From assembly GCF_009914755.1 (NCBI RefSeq), contig NC_060943.1: 64,000 bases of DNA; one strand, given 5' to 3'. The notes under the pieces are model-generated. The model made no database searches. It was not told the DNA's origin and saw only the letters and a program-made list of their open reading frames with translations. Shown in pieces: positions 1 through 13,190 of this stretch (its first letter is position 1; every line of letters starts with the position of its first letter). The stretch is from the human T2T-CHM13v2.0 reference genome, Homo sapiens. The position numbers and the translations under genes are program-made.

Positions 1-95
1 TAGGGGTCTTGTCTACGTAAAGACTAAACTAAGCTGTGACTACGTGAGGGTGAGCTGAAAGCATGACAAAATTTATTATTCTATTGATTTAAAGA

Positions 96-416
96 GGCCA
101 GGCACGGTGGCTCAGCCAGGCTTGGTGGTTCACACCTGTAATCCCAGCACTTTGGGAGGCTGAGGCAGGCAGATGACCTGAGGTCAAGAGTTTGAGACCA
201 GCCTAATCAACATGGTGAGACCCCCTCTCTACTAAAAATATTTTTAAAAAATAGCTGGGTGTGGTGGTGCACACTTGTAGTCCTAGCTACTCAGGAGGCT
301 GAGGCATGAGAATGGCTTGAACTCGTGAAGTGCAGTGAGCTGCCCACTGCACTCCAGCCTGGGCAACAGAGTGAGACTATGTCTCAAATAAATAAATAAA
401 CAAATAAATAAATAAA
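96..416 (+). mobile_element. Alu (S/J-like), with duplicated 5' tip and (TAAA)n tail
   Basis: Alu consensus motifs cctgtaatcccagcactttgggaggc and cactgcactccagcctgggcaacagagtgagac. Confidence 0.95.
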
Positions 417-699
417 TAAGCTGTGACTATGTGAGGGTGAGCTGAAAGCATGACAAAATTTATTATTATATTGATTTAAAGAAAACCATCCTTAGAAAGG
501 TGAGAGAGGAATTGAAGGGTTGACAGTGTAGACTACAGAACCAGGAAATGACCTACCAGCAAGTCTTTTATGTGTGTGTGTTCTTTTCTATTTCTTTCTG
601 TTTATTCCTGTTAGTGTTTGTTCTCTTATGCCTGTGAAAACCTCCTACATGTCAATTTCCATGCACTGGAGGAACTTGGATTTCTCCCCGTCTTAAAAG

Positions 700-756
700 T
701 ACCTCTTTCTTCTTCTCCTCCTTCTTCCCCTCCTCCTCCTCCTCTTCCTCCTCCCT
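700..756. repeat. (CCT/CTT)n polypyrimidine tract
   Basis: Direct inspection. Confidence 0.85.
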
Positions 757-959
757 GAGGCCCTAAAAACAAGGTGGCCTTGGCTGCTCTACCAAAAGGA
801 GGATGATTCAGAGGCTGTGAGTTTAAGGGACCACTTTTGGGGGATTGGAAGAAATCTCCATTATGAGGTTAAGGTACCTATGGGAGACTACCTGAGACAG
901 GGTGCCAGTGATGCCCACTAGCCTCAATAAGACACCAGGGATGCCTGAGTGCAATGGCC

Positions 960-1424
960 AATATCGGTTTTGTGCACAGTAAGGAAAATTTAGAGCTTAA
1001 ATGGTTAATCTGCTGCTACAGAGTTAAGTAGAATCCTCTAAAGCTCCATATCTTCCTTTCTTTTCTTCTCTGCCAGCTTTGAATCTGCTGTTATTAAGTT
1101 GCTGGTGCTGAAATAACACTTATTATTTATGATCTAACTGAAATGGGAACACTGGAAACTTCTTTGAAACTGAAGAAAAAAATGAAAAAGAAGTTTTTAC
1201 AATCAAAACTGCCATGAAGACTGCTTTACCCAAAATTTTGGTCCACAGCTTTCATTGAATTACTTATCAGGGCAAACAAAGTTTAGCCATGTGAACACGT
1301 TCCAATTTTGTTGGAAATAATTTGGATCCAGCTATCTTTATACAATGGTGAGTTCGTATTGCATCTCATGGCTAAAATACTGAGGTAAAGGCTTTTGGAT
1401 CTTTGTGTGTGTGTGTGTGCATGT
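960..1424 (+). mobile_element. ERV1 (MER4-group-like) AT-rich internal sequence, resuming at ~3330-4380
   Basis: Motif ctgctttacccaaaattttggtccacagc resembles MER4-group internal sequences; it lies upstream of gag-pol remnants. Confidence 0.5.
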
Positions 1425-2712
1425 GACAAAAACAAGCAATGGGGAAAGGAGTCCCTATTTAATAAATGGTGTTGGGAGAACTGGCTAGCCATATGCAGAA
1501 AGTTGAAACTGGAGCCCCTCCTTATACCATATACAAAAATCAACTCAAGATGAATTAAAGACTTAAATGTAAAAACCCAAACTATAAAAACCCTAGAAGA
1601 AAATCTAGGCAATACCATTCAGGACATGGGCACAGGCAAATATTTCATGACAAAGATGCCAAAAGCAGTAGCAACAAAAGCAAAAATTGACAAATGGAAT
1701 CTAATTAAACTAAAGAGCTTCTGTACAGCAAAGAAATTATCATCAGAGTGAACAGACAGCTTACAGCATGGGAGAAAATTTTTGCAGTATATCCATCTGA
1801 CAAAGGTCTAATATCCAGCATCTACAAGGAACTTAAACAAATTTACAAGAAAAAAAAACAACGCCATTAAAAAATGGGCAAAGGACGTGGACAGACACTT
1901 CTCAAAAGAAGAAATTTATGTGGGCAATGAACATTTTTTTTAAAAAAGCTCAACACCACTGATCATTAGAGAAATGCACATGAAAACCACAATGAGATAC
2001 CATCTCACACCAGTCAGAATGGCTATTACTTAAAGGTCAAAAAACAACAGATGATAGCAAGGTTGTGAAGAAAAATGAACACTTTTATACGTTGGTTGGA
2101 GTATAAATTAGTTCTACCCTTGTCGAAGACAGTGTGGTGATTCCTCAAAGACCTAGGGGAAGAAATATCATTTGACCCAGCAATCTCATTACTGGGTATA
2201 TACCCAGAGGAATATAAATCATTCTATTATAAAGATACATGTGCATGTTCATTGCAAAATAGCAAAAACATGGAATCAACCTAAATGCTCATCAATGACA
2301 GACTTGATAAAGGAAATATGGTACGTATACACCAAGGAATACCATGCAGCCATAAAAAGGAACAAGATAATGTCTTTTGCAGGGACCTGGATGGAACCAG
2401 AAGCCATTATCCTCAGCAAATTAATGCAGGAACAGAAAAGCAAATACCACATGTTCTCACTTGTAAGTGGTAGCTGAATGATGAGAACACATGGACACAT
2501 GGTGGGGAACAATACACACTGGGGCCTGTTGCAGGGTGCGGAGTGGGAGGGAGAGCATCGGGAAGAATAGCTAATGCATGCTGGGCTTAATACCTAGGGG
2601 ATGGAATGATCTGTGCTGCAAACCACTATGGCACACATTTACCTATGTAACAAACCTACACATCCTGCACATGTACCCCTGACCTTAAAATAAAAGTTGG
2701 AAATAAAAAAAA
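1425..2712 (+). mobile_element. 5'-truncated L1PA (older subfamily), ORF2 C-terminus and 3'UTR
   Basis: IAKTWNQPKC and IMSFAGTWMEPEAIILSKL peptides, L1PA 3'UTR and A tail. Confidence 0.93.
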
Positions 2713-2714
2713 CC

Positions 2715-3295
2715 CTAAACATATACCTACTACCTGATCCAGTGATTTCATTTTTAAGTATTTACCCAAGAGAAATAAAAACATATGGCCACACATGCAA
2801 AAGAAATACTTGTACATGAATGTTCTTAGCAGCTATATTCATAATAGCCAAAAATCTGGAAACAGCCCAGGTGTCAATCAATAGTAGAATAAATAACCAA
2901 AGTATGCTAGGTTCATGCGATGGAATACTACACTCAGCAAAAAAGGAACAAACTGCCTATACATGCGATAAAATGGATGAATATAGAAAAACATGCTGAG
3001 TGAAAGAAGAGTTACACAACGAATGCATGCTGTGTCATTCCATTCATGCTAATTCTACAACAAGCAAAACTAATGTGTGGTGAAAATAAATTGGTGGTTG
3101 CCCCTAAGGAGACAGAGTTGGAGACTGATTGATGAGGAGCAAGAGGGAATTTTGGGATTGACAATATTGTTTTGTATATTAATAGAGATTTGAGTTACAC
3201 AGGTGTACATATTTTCCAAAACTCATTGAATAATATCCTTAAGATCTGTATGTTTTGATGTATGTAAATTTGACCTCACAATAGAAAAAAAAGAA
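2715..3295 (+). mobile_element. Old L1M 3' end fragment
   Basis: tatttacccaagagaaataaaaacatatg and gaatgttcttagcagctatattcataatagccaaaa motifs. Confidence 0.75.
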
Positions 3296-4018
3296 TCCTT
3301 AAAAAAATGAAAGAACTAAGTACATATAAATGGGAAAAATGCTTGTAGACAGACTTTTCATGTAATTTAAAATCTTATAATTATCTTGAATAATAAATAC
3401 TCATTAGATGTTGGGTGTTTTCCAATTAAAAATGGGTTATAATATGAAAAAAACATGTTTCTAAAAATTACAGAATGGTTTCAGCTATAAAATGCTAACA
3501 TCTGATAAACAGTTCAAGATTTATTGCTTCCTGAGTTTTCACTAAAATTTAAGGTTACTAAAAGTAAGAATTGCAATAATATATAACTCTGTAAGTTGTA
3601 TTCTTATTGAGAAAACAATAATTTTATGTAGTTTAGAGGTTATTTAAAAGTTATTTATTTAAAAAGGTAGAAAGGAACCAGTAAGTAAGAGAGAGAAAGA
3701 GAGAAAAGATTTTTAGACATAAAGATGTATTTTTGGTAAGAAAAGAAATAATTTTATATAAGAAAAGGATTTCATGTGGTAAAGTTTTGTCCTAAAATAA
3801 AATGACCGATTATTTTAAAAGAGGTATGATAGAACAAATCAAAAGGTCCAAGCATGTCATAGATGGTCTGTGTAAGTTCATGATCAAGTCTGTGGAAGAA
3901 AATTTATAAAAGGAATTTTGTATATGATTAAGTTGGCTATAATTAATAAGAAATTATTCATAATAGTCTTTCTGAGATTGGTCCCCTATGTTAAAACAAG
4001 GTTTCTTGATGGTATTAC

Positions 4019-4319
4019 TTTTTTTTTTTTTTTTTTTGAGACAGAGTCTTGCTCAGTCACCCAGGCTGGAGTGCAGTGGCACGATCTCGGCTCACTGCAA
4101 CCTCCGCCTCCCAGGTTCAAGCAATTCTCTGCCTCAGCCTCCCGAGTAGCTGGGATTACAGGTGCCCACCACCATGCCCGGCTAATTTTTTTGTGTTTTT
4201 AGTAGAGACAGGGCATTCATCATGTTGGCCAGGCTGGTCTTGAACTCCTGACCTCGTGATCCACCTGCCTCGCCCTCCCAAAGTGCTGGGATTACAGGTG
4301 TGAGCCACCTCTCCCGGTC
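4019..4319 (-). mobile_element. AluS
   Basis: Poly-T followed by reverse Alu consensus; flanked by atggtatta repeats. Confidence 0.95.
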
Positions 4320-4384
4320 TCTTTATGGTATTAATTTACTATTAATGAGATTGTAAGAGGTTTTGATTTTTAATTCTATAATCT

Positions 4385-7300
4385 TCGACCTATAGCTCCC
4401 TTATCCTCAGTGGCCTCTGCAGGCAACACACTCCCTCCTTACCAATCCCCTTCAGACTCTGCTGAGGGACTCAGCCCAGCCACTACCTGGAGCAGGACAT
4501 TTACCAGCCTTACTCTATGATGCCCCTTCCAGCAGATCCCCAGTGCGGAAATAGAGATGTTTGCTGTACATTTTCCCTTCACAACTTCAGAGCTTTATAA
4601 CGGAAAGTCTCATTCTAAAGGACTAAGGGAAGATCCTGAGGGGTTTCAAAACCTCATTCAGAATAGTTTCAGACCCATGACCTCAACTGGGCAGATGTCC
4701 AGTCCCTTTTAATATTCTCCTCAGTGAAACAGAAAAATACCTCTGCTCTCAAAAGGGCAAGGGAGGAAGTGGACCAATCCCATAGAGAAGAGACAAACAA
4801 TCCTATTGTAGCTCTCAGAGCACAGCAGACATTAGACATAAACTCCAAAAAGTAAAATTAGAGCTCGATGCTCTCATCTCAAGACTAGTAGACCTGGCCA
4901 ATAAGGTGTCCAACAACCGGGATAGGGATGAAGAACATAAAGAAGACAGAGAGGACAAATGGCAAGCCCACCTACTGGCTGTTGCCCTCAAGTGCCAGCT
5001 GGATAACTCACAGGATACCTATCCATAAAGTACCACAGCTGAAGAGAGTGATCCCAGGTCCCCTAACTAACAGAAAGGATCCTAAAGACCTAAGGGACTA
5101 GGACCAAACCAACATGCCCTCTATAAGGGGGAGGATCACTGGAAAAGGGACTGTCTCCTTCATGTCTGAAGGGAGGGGGAAGAGGGCAGGTTCCACCAGG
5201 TGCCTCACAGAGGCAGATGGTCCAAGTAGTAAAAATGACAGGTCCTGGGGACTCCTCAATTGGCCCTCCAGGTGTCCATCCCCCAGGAGCCCAGGCTGAC
5301 ACTGGGCATGAGGAACAAGCCTGTTGACTTCTTGGTCAACACAGGGGGCCACCTACTTGGTTTTGAATACCCTCAAGGATAAAATTACCCACCAAAATTG
5401 ACTATGGAAACGTGAGGGAAGGCAAAAGATAGCCCCTTTATTGAGCTCCTAAAATATAAACTAGATCAAACGAGATGCACTAAAAGGGATGGCCCCAATG
5501 ATTAAAAAGCTTAGAAAACAGGGACTTCTGAGGGCCTGTCAATCCCCTTGCAGTACTCCTATCCTCCGTGTTAAGAAATCAAATGGAAAATACCAATTAG
5601 TGTAAGATTTAAGGACAATTAATGAGGTCACAGAAAACAGAAACCCAGGGTACCTAATCCTTATACTCTATGGTCCACTCTGCCTCCAAGTTGTACATGG
5701 TACTCAGTCCTGGATCTAAAAGATGACTTTTTCTGCATTCCACTGGCCACAGACTCTCAGCCTCTCTTCACTTTCAAATGGCAGGATCCTCAGACAGGCA
5801 GGAAACAGCAACTGACATTTACTGTGTTGACCCAGGTGTTCAAAAAACTTCCCCAAAATATCTGGAGAGGCCCTAGCCATGAAGCTGGAGGATCTGACCA
5901 TTTCGAATGGATGGGAGAATGTGACCAAGCATTCCAAAAGCTAAAAACCCAGCTCACGAGAGACCCAGAATTAGCCCTACCTGATTTAAGCAAACCTTTC
6001 CATGTTTATGTTCATGAGAGGGGAAGAATTGCCCTAGGAATACATATTCAAAGGTTGGACCCACTGACCTGGGTAATGATCTACTTTTCCAAGCAGCTGG
6101 ACTCAGTTGCTAAAGGATGGCCACCTTGCCTTTGGTTGGGGATGGCCATGGCCACCCTTTCAAAAGAGACAAAAAAGTTAACTGTCTGGACTCCCCACCA
6201 TACCCAGACCCTCATAAAAGAAAGGGGGCAGAAGGGCTGTCCCCAGGCAAGGCTCTCCAGTTACAGGTAATGCTTATTGATGACCCCCACATAACTTTGA
6301 AGGTGTGTAACAGCTTGAACCCTGCCACCCTCTTTCCATCTGAAGATGGTTACCTATCTCACAACTGCTTAGAGGTGATGGTGAAGTGTACTCCAGTAGC
6401 CCAGACCTTAAAAGTGAACCTACTGAAAATGTGGAAGTCCAATGGTTCACTGGTAGGAGCAGCTATCTGCAAGAGGAACAGAGGAGGGCAGATGTGCTAT
6501 GTTCTCTCCCACTGAAGTTATACAAGCCAGCGCTCTCTTGCCAGGATGCTCTTCACAGAAAGCAGAGCTTGTTGCTCTAACCCAGGCGTTAGAGTTTGGG
6601 GAAGGGAAAGTCCTCACCGTATACACTGATTCCAGGCACGTGTATTCCATCTTACACCCACATGGGGCTATTTGGAAGGAAAGGGGCAGGTTAAACTCTT
6701 AAACGTTAGTGCCATCATTTTAAGATTATTGGAAGCTGGAAGAAAACCAGCCCACATGGCAATAGTCCGTTGCTGAAGCCACCAGAAGTGGGACATTGAG
6801 GTAATTAAAGAAAATAATAAAGCCAACCTAGGGTCAAAACAGGCAGCTTTAGGGAAGGTCACATTCCAAATGCCACTTTTGCCTTTCCTCCTGGGTCCTG
6901 CTCTTTTAACCCCAGTTTTCTCTCAAAAGGAATGGAAAAAGGCCACCAAATGGGGTTATACCAAAAATCCTGACCATCCAGGATGGCTAATAAACCCTCG
7001 TGGACAATTTCTTTTCCTAAAAACAGTTGCACTGCAGGCCATTAAAAAGGCTCACTCTAACACCCACTTTGGTGAAGAAATCCTTTATAACTGATTTTGT
7101 GAAAGCATGACTGTCCCAAACTTCAGGGAGTCAATCAAAAAGGTGGCTGGGACTCATCCCACCTACTATGTTAATAACCCCTGATACCCACCCCACGTGG
7201 GGATAGCAGGGGTGAGAGGAACTCAGAGAGGGCTCCTCAGCTGGTCCAGTTCCAAGGTAGATGTCCAGGGGAAGATGAGAAAGTTTTCATAGTTATGCCC

Positions 7301-7560
7301 AGAGGCCTGGGAAACTTTAAATACCTCCTGATCTTCACTGACACCTTTTCAGGGTGGATAGAAGCCTTTGCCACCTGCACTGACACTGCACATCAGGTGG
7401 CAAAGGTGCTATTAAAGAAAGTTGTCCCAAGAATTGGGCTGCCTCAGTCAATCCAACTGAGGGACCAGCATTCATATCTTCCATTACTGAAGCTACTTCT
7501 CAAAGCCTAGAAACAAGATAGCACCCACATGCTACCTGGAGACCGCAGTCTTCAGGTAAG
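4385..7560 (+). mobile_element. Decayed ERV1 (gammaretrovirus-like) gag-pro-pol
   Basis: Protease VDFLVNTG (~5323); RT WYSVLDLKDDFFCIPL (~5698); connection LALPDLSKPFHVYVHE and YFSKQLDSVAKGWPPCL; RNase H SSQKAELVALTQALE...VYTDS; integrase KYLLIFTDTFSGWIEAF and WRPQSSG. Many stops and frameshifts. Confidence 0.92.
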
Positions 7561-7649
7561 CAATGAGTAGGTGTAGCGATTTCTGTCAAGACTATTATTC
7601 CTACCTAATGGTTATTTCCTCTTCTACATGCTTGACGTACTATGATCTC

Positions 7650-8060
7650 ATGTAACCCTCACAAGGTAGCCTCTGTTGTTATTTCTCCATTTTACAGAAG
7701 AGGAAACTGAGACAAGAAAGCTTCACTAACTTGTCCCACTCAGTATGATTAGAATGGGACAGGCAGAGGGTTAGGATTAGAAGTGTGCATCTAACCTTCT
7801 TCAAGGGTGGAAATTTCCAATCAGTTATGTTACAAACATTTGTAAAATAGGCATGTTCCAAGAATGGTACAAGTAATGCACTCACTTAAACCTTATAGTA
7901 ACCCCGTAACGGGGGTACTAACACCAGCCCCATTTTACAGATGAGGAAACTGAGGCACAGAATAGTTAAGGAAATAACCCAAGATTGACAGCTGTTAGTG
8001 GCAGAGGCAATATTTGTGACCAGGCAGTTAGACCCCAGAGTCTGGGCTTTCAGCTTCACC
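7650..8060. mobile_element. Two MIR fragments
   Basis: MIR core cccattttacaga(t/a)gaggaaactgag at ~7687 and ~7928. Confidence 0.8.
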
Positions 8061-8156
8061 AGGCTGGCATTTTCAGCTGCGAGGCATCAGAGTAGACTGG
8101 AGGGTTGGGTCTCTGCTCTGTCCCCCTTCCTTTGCAGAACCATCCTTCCTCTGCTC

Positions 8157-8374
8157 CAGGGTTTTTCAGCCTTGGCTCTACTGACATTTTGGGTCGGTTC
8201 ATTCTGTGTCCTGGGGGTGGGGACACTGTCGTGTGCATTATAGGGTATTGAGCAGCTTCCACCTATGAGATGCTGGTAGCATCACCCCTTCAGTTGTGAC
8301 AACCAGAAATGTTTCCAGACATTGCCACATGTCCCCTGGAGGGCAAATCGTTCAATCCCATTTGAGAACCACAG
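8157..8374 (+). mobile_element. MER20 (hAT MITE)
   Basis: ctactgacattttggg...aatgtttccagacattgcca...ttgagaaccac. Confidence 0.85.
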
Positions 8375-8699
8375 ACTTACTCCACAATTTCATTGTTTAA
8401 CTTTAGGGAGAGTCTGGGACCTTCCACTGGGAAGGGCCAGGCACGCAACTCAGGCTGGGCCAATAAGAGTCCTACATCCCCCAGTTGTGGATTGGTTCTG
8501 CAGTAGACATGTGACCCATCATGGACCAATCAAAATATTCCCCAATCCTTCCTTACTTGCTTTATCTAAGTGTCTCCCACTGATTGTTTATTAGTTGCAA
8601 GGAGGGAAACCAGAAAGTATTCAGTGGGTAAATCAGGCAACCACCTTGACTGGGTGGATCAAAACTAGCATCACCAGTGATGGCATATGGATCTCTTGT

Positions 8700-9290
8700 G
8701 GGTTAAAACGTGAGGTCCTGAAAGGACACAGAATCACTTATGTGGTATTCCAGGAACGACTGCATAACCTGAATCTAATTCATAGGAAAATGGCCCCCCA
8801 AACCCCAAAGTGTGTCAGAGTGTGACTTAGAAACCAAAGAAAGGCTGAGGAGGTTTTCCAGATTAAAGGAGGCTACTTTACAACTGCTAAACACAGGCCT
8901 GGTCCTAGCCCTAGAAAGGATACTGTACTGGAGAAAAAAAGAATATTTAAATGGAGGGTATTTAGCAAGTTGATAAAATTGGAATATTGACAGATTTGAT
9001 AAAAGCACTGTGTCAATATTAAATGTGCAAAGGTTATAATAGTACCTCAGTTATGTAAGAGAAAATTCTTATTCTTAGGTGACACAGACTGAAGTATTCA
9101 GAGGTGAGCTTTGTGATGTGTGAAATCTATGCCCAGTGGTTATAAAAATAATGTATTAGGTATATATATAATAGAGTGTGCAAATGACAAAACAAATAGG
9201 AGAAATGTTACCAATCAGTGAAGATGGGTGATCTTTGTACTATTCTTGCAACTTTCCCATGAGCTTTAAATTATTTCCCAATATTTGTTT
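8700..9290 (+). mobile_element. L1MC/MD-type 3'UTR fragment
   Basis: atcacttatgtggtattcc...tgcataacctgaatctaat and ctttgtactattcttgcaactt motifs. Confidence 0.6.
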
Positions 9291-9730
9291 GTTTCATTCC
9301 TGTAATGAAGAGCCCCCAATTAATAGATGCTTAAATATGACAGATGTTTATTTCTCATGTAAAAGCCTGGATAGGTAGTCAAGAATCATCAGACATAAGC
9401 TCTTATCTCATTACTCTGACATCTTCAATACATGGCTTCCCTTTTTTGATCCAAGATGGTTGCTCCAGTTCCTACCATTATTTCTACATTCCAGCCTGTG
9501 GGGAAGGGGGAGGAGAGAGTAGAAGGCTGGTTGTGACCTGGAAATCACACATACCTTTACTGTGCTCATCCCATGGACCAGACATTAGTCACATGCCTAC
9601 TTCTAGCTGCAAGGGAAGCTGAGAAAATATTTACTTCTTCTAAATAGCCACATAACCAGTCAACATTTAGCAAGAACAGGAGAATGTATATTGGGAGATA
9701 TATTGTTACTGCCTTCCTCCCCGTACATAC

Positions 9731-10090
9731 TGCTGTGGTCTGAATGTTTGTGTCCCCACAAAACTCATATGTTGATGTTCAAACCCCAATCCAACAGTAC
9801 TAAGAGGTGGGGCCTTTAGGAGGTGATTAGGTCATGAGGGCTAAGCCCTCATGAATGGGATTAGTGCCCTTATAAAAGATGTGCAAGGGAGCTACCTAGC
9901 CTCTTTTGCCATGTGAGGATGCAACAAGAAGTCATCATCTTTGAAGCAGAAAGCAAGCCCTCATCAGACTCCATATTTGCTGGCACCTTGATCTTGGACT
10001 TCCCAGCCTCCAGAACTGTGAGCAGTAAATTTCTGTTGTTTATAAATTCCCCAGTCTAAGATATTTTGTTATGGCAGCCCAAATATACAC
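9731..10090 (+). mobile_element. MLT1A-type MaLR solo LTR
   Basis: tgctgtggtctgaatgtttgtgtcccc ... ttggacttcccagcctccagaactgtgag ... ttgttatggcagcc. Confidence 0.85.
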
Positions 10091-10610
10091 ATACTCTTGG
10101 TTCCATGAGGGCAGGGACCATGTCTGATTTGTCCCCCACAGAATGCCAAATGCCCCAAACAGTACCTGACACTTACAAATGGCCCATCAATTATTGAATG
10201 AATTAAGGTGGCTTGGGAGTTCAGAGTCAGAGAAATTTTAAGAAGACCTTGCATGGAGAAGAGACCTCATGGTTCTTGAATAAAAGGCAAAACGTGGTTA
10301 TAAACCAAAATGAAAATTGACTTCTTTCCCAGTGATCCCTGAAGACTAATTCAAGATGACAGGCAAATGACCAACGTATCCCTTTATGCGCTTCCTCATG
10401 ATGGGATGAGGGAAAAAATAGAATAAAGAACTTAAATCAGAATTTTTTGAGAAAGTGAGTTCCCATTTGTATCATGTTATGATTATACAGACAGAAACTT
10501 TCCATATGTTCAGCTGTGATAGGATAGATTCCCTTGAAAATAAGTCTTCTTGAGTTTGGAATGGTCATCAATATCTCTGACAGGGCAACAACAACAAAAA
10601 AACATGTCTA

Positions 10611-10900
10611 GGCCAGGCACAGTGGCTCACGCCTGTAATCCCAGGATTTTGGGAGGCCAAGGCAAGAGGGTCACTTGAGCCCTGGGCACCATATTGAGAT
10701 CCTGTCTCTACAAAAAATTAAAAAATTGGCTGGGTGTGGTGGCACCTGCCTGTGATCCCAGCTACACAAGAAGGTGAGGCCAGAGGATCACTCGAGCCCA
10801 GGAGGTTGAGGCTGCAGTGAGCTGTGTTTGTGCCACTGCACTTCAGGCTGGGCAACAGAGTGAGACCTTGTCTCAAAAAAAAAAAAGAAAATTAAAAAGA
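10611..10900 (+). mobile_element. AluJ
   Basis: gagcccaggaggttgaggctgcagtgagc (J-type) and A tail. Confidence 0.92.
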
Positions 10901-13130
10901 AAACACATTTGTGCTAGAATTCTCTGCTTGCAAGTAACTTAAATTCATTCAGGTTAATTTAAGGGGGAAACTGGATCTTACTGGAATAATATTGTGTAGC
11001 TTAAAATAGTGAGTAAAGAGTTATCAGTCCTTCTAGTAGGACAGCAATCAAAGAAGACTTGTTAATCTCACTAGGGGGAAATAATAGACTGCCTTTTCTC
11101 AGTGTGGCCATAAGAATGACTGGGCTTTGAACACCTTCAATCCATGTATTGCTCTACTGAAAATTCAAATTCTTGGGTGAGGAAGTCTGACTGGTCTACC
11201 CCAAACCATGTAATTAGTCCTTTGCTGGCATGAGGGAGGGGCAGGGATGGTGATCAGAAGGAATGGGGTCAGGATAGTCCACCAAAACCATGCAGTGTGC
11301 TGTTATTTAACGGATGCTGGGCATACAGAAGAGCTATCCTGGACAATTCACCCTTTGGCTTTGTGGAAGAAACCATGCAATTATCACGGGGAACCTTCTT
11401 GAACTACTTTGGTTTGAGAGTAGTCTCCCCAGATTTTTTCTGTACTCCTTGCTGCTTCATATGGTATATAAGTGGTACGAGGCATGCAGTAAGTCAGCAG
11501 ACATTCCTGAGAGGCTGGTGGGCAGGAAAAGTCAAGTCTAAGTCCAGAATGAATCTCTATTCCATGAGGCTACAAAACTGCCCTTTCTGTGGTTAAAAGG
11601 GCTTGGTATGATCAATCAATCTGCTGTCTGGCTGGTGGGGAGATATGGTACCAGTCCTGGCTTCTTCATCACTCCTGCCTTTCTAGGGGAGGAGTGACTT
11701 AAACTCGAGAGCTGGCTAGCCTGCAGACAGCGTATGTTCATTGCTCTTCACCCTGCAATGTTCTGATCCCCAACAATTAGTGTTTAGATTCAACATCCAC
11801 TAATCCTTGAGAGGTTTGTCAAAAAATGGATTAACCATGTAAAAGAAACCCAAGGGCAGGCAGTTCAGCCAGACTCCACAAGGCACTGGGGTGGATGAGG
11901 CACCAGGAACCAGGATTCCCTCTGGCTTTATGGTCTATTTCCTTCTAGGCCTGTTTATTCACAAGTATACCCAGCCCCAACCCATATGACCACCTAGGTA
12001 GCCCTCACTCTGAGTCTGACTGGACACGGGGAACCTATGGGCATCAATCAACTGACACCAGGGAGAGGTCAAGTCTAACAGAATAAGCATAGCAGTAGGG
12101 AAGTTAGTTACCCCTTCAACTGGGTTGTGGGGTGGAGGAAGGAATTGCCCAAGAGTATAAGGATTGGTCAAACAACCCCTAATGACACCTACTTCATTCC
12201 CTTCCTTTACAGCCTCTTGTAACACATTATTTAGGAAATCCATCCTTAAAAAGTCCCAATCCTCCCACCCTGACCTATGCTGATGCTCGTCACAGAATGA
12301 CCATGGAAGCTGTGACCAAATAGTCAGATGCCACAAGATATAAAGTTCTAAGAACATGAAAGAATGCAGGACTCTGTCAAATCCTAGTTAGAATTAGTGG
12401 CAAGTACACTTTTATATCTTAAGAACAAAATCCAATCATGTGACATGAAGGATATTAGACGGGCATGAAGTACACAATCATCTCCTCCTCCGACTTATGG
12501 AATCAGGGACACAGCAGCCGCAAATTGGGTATGGTGCTATCCACTGTGGTCGCCAACAGGGTTCCAGTTAGCAAGCTGGTTGAAAAGCTCTGATCATTAT
12601 GGAATCACAGGCATGTTTAAAAATTACTCTCAGGGATGACAATCTACTGAATTGCATGGGATGTTTCTCGTGGGGAAGTCAGGTTAAAGTATGGTTAATG
12701 AACTTGGGGGAAAAACAGTACAGAGATGACCCACTCAGGATAATTACCTTTTAACCTCAGGCAAGAGTCAGGAATAAACACTTGAGATTCTATAACATAG
12801 TATCAACACTTTTATGTTAAGGGTTTATTATTGTCTGTGATTTTTTATGTTTGAGACAATCTCACATTTCCAATTAAAAATGCCCACTCAAGTAACTAAG
12901 ATGTACTTGCGGTCATTATCAACTTTAAAAAAATTGTTGGAACATATGTTTTAGTTTCATAAGGGCAGTTACAAATGTGAAATCAAACAGTATTTAAAAA
13001 TCCCTTAGAAGTAATTGTTGAAATAGATAATACTTAAAAATAGAGTAAGATTTGCAAACCAAACTTTTTAGGCTAAAGGAGGAACTAAGCTTTTGGATTT
13101 ATAACTCTAACAAAATAACATATTTAAAGC

Positions 13131-13190
13131 CCCAAAAACAAAACAGACAAAAGAGACTGAGAAATATTTATTTTTAACTTTATTTTTATT
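13131..13190 (-). terminator. Polyadenylation signal cluster of PEG3
   Basis: Minus-strand AATAAA at 13185-13190, 13179-13184 and 13167-13172, followed by a GU/U-rich element (cttttgtctgttttgttttt). Confidence 0.8.

Noticed and set aside
4049-4243. Alu-derived ORFs (also 47603-48280, 59212-59520, 63401-63842)
   Set aside because: Standard Alu translations, not genes.
11280-12760. Possible exons or retroviral internal sequence (ORFs of 99 and 132 aa; TGGCGACCAC on the minus strand near 12545)
   Set aside because: No recognisable domain, LTR end or consistent splice pair; left unassigned.
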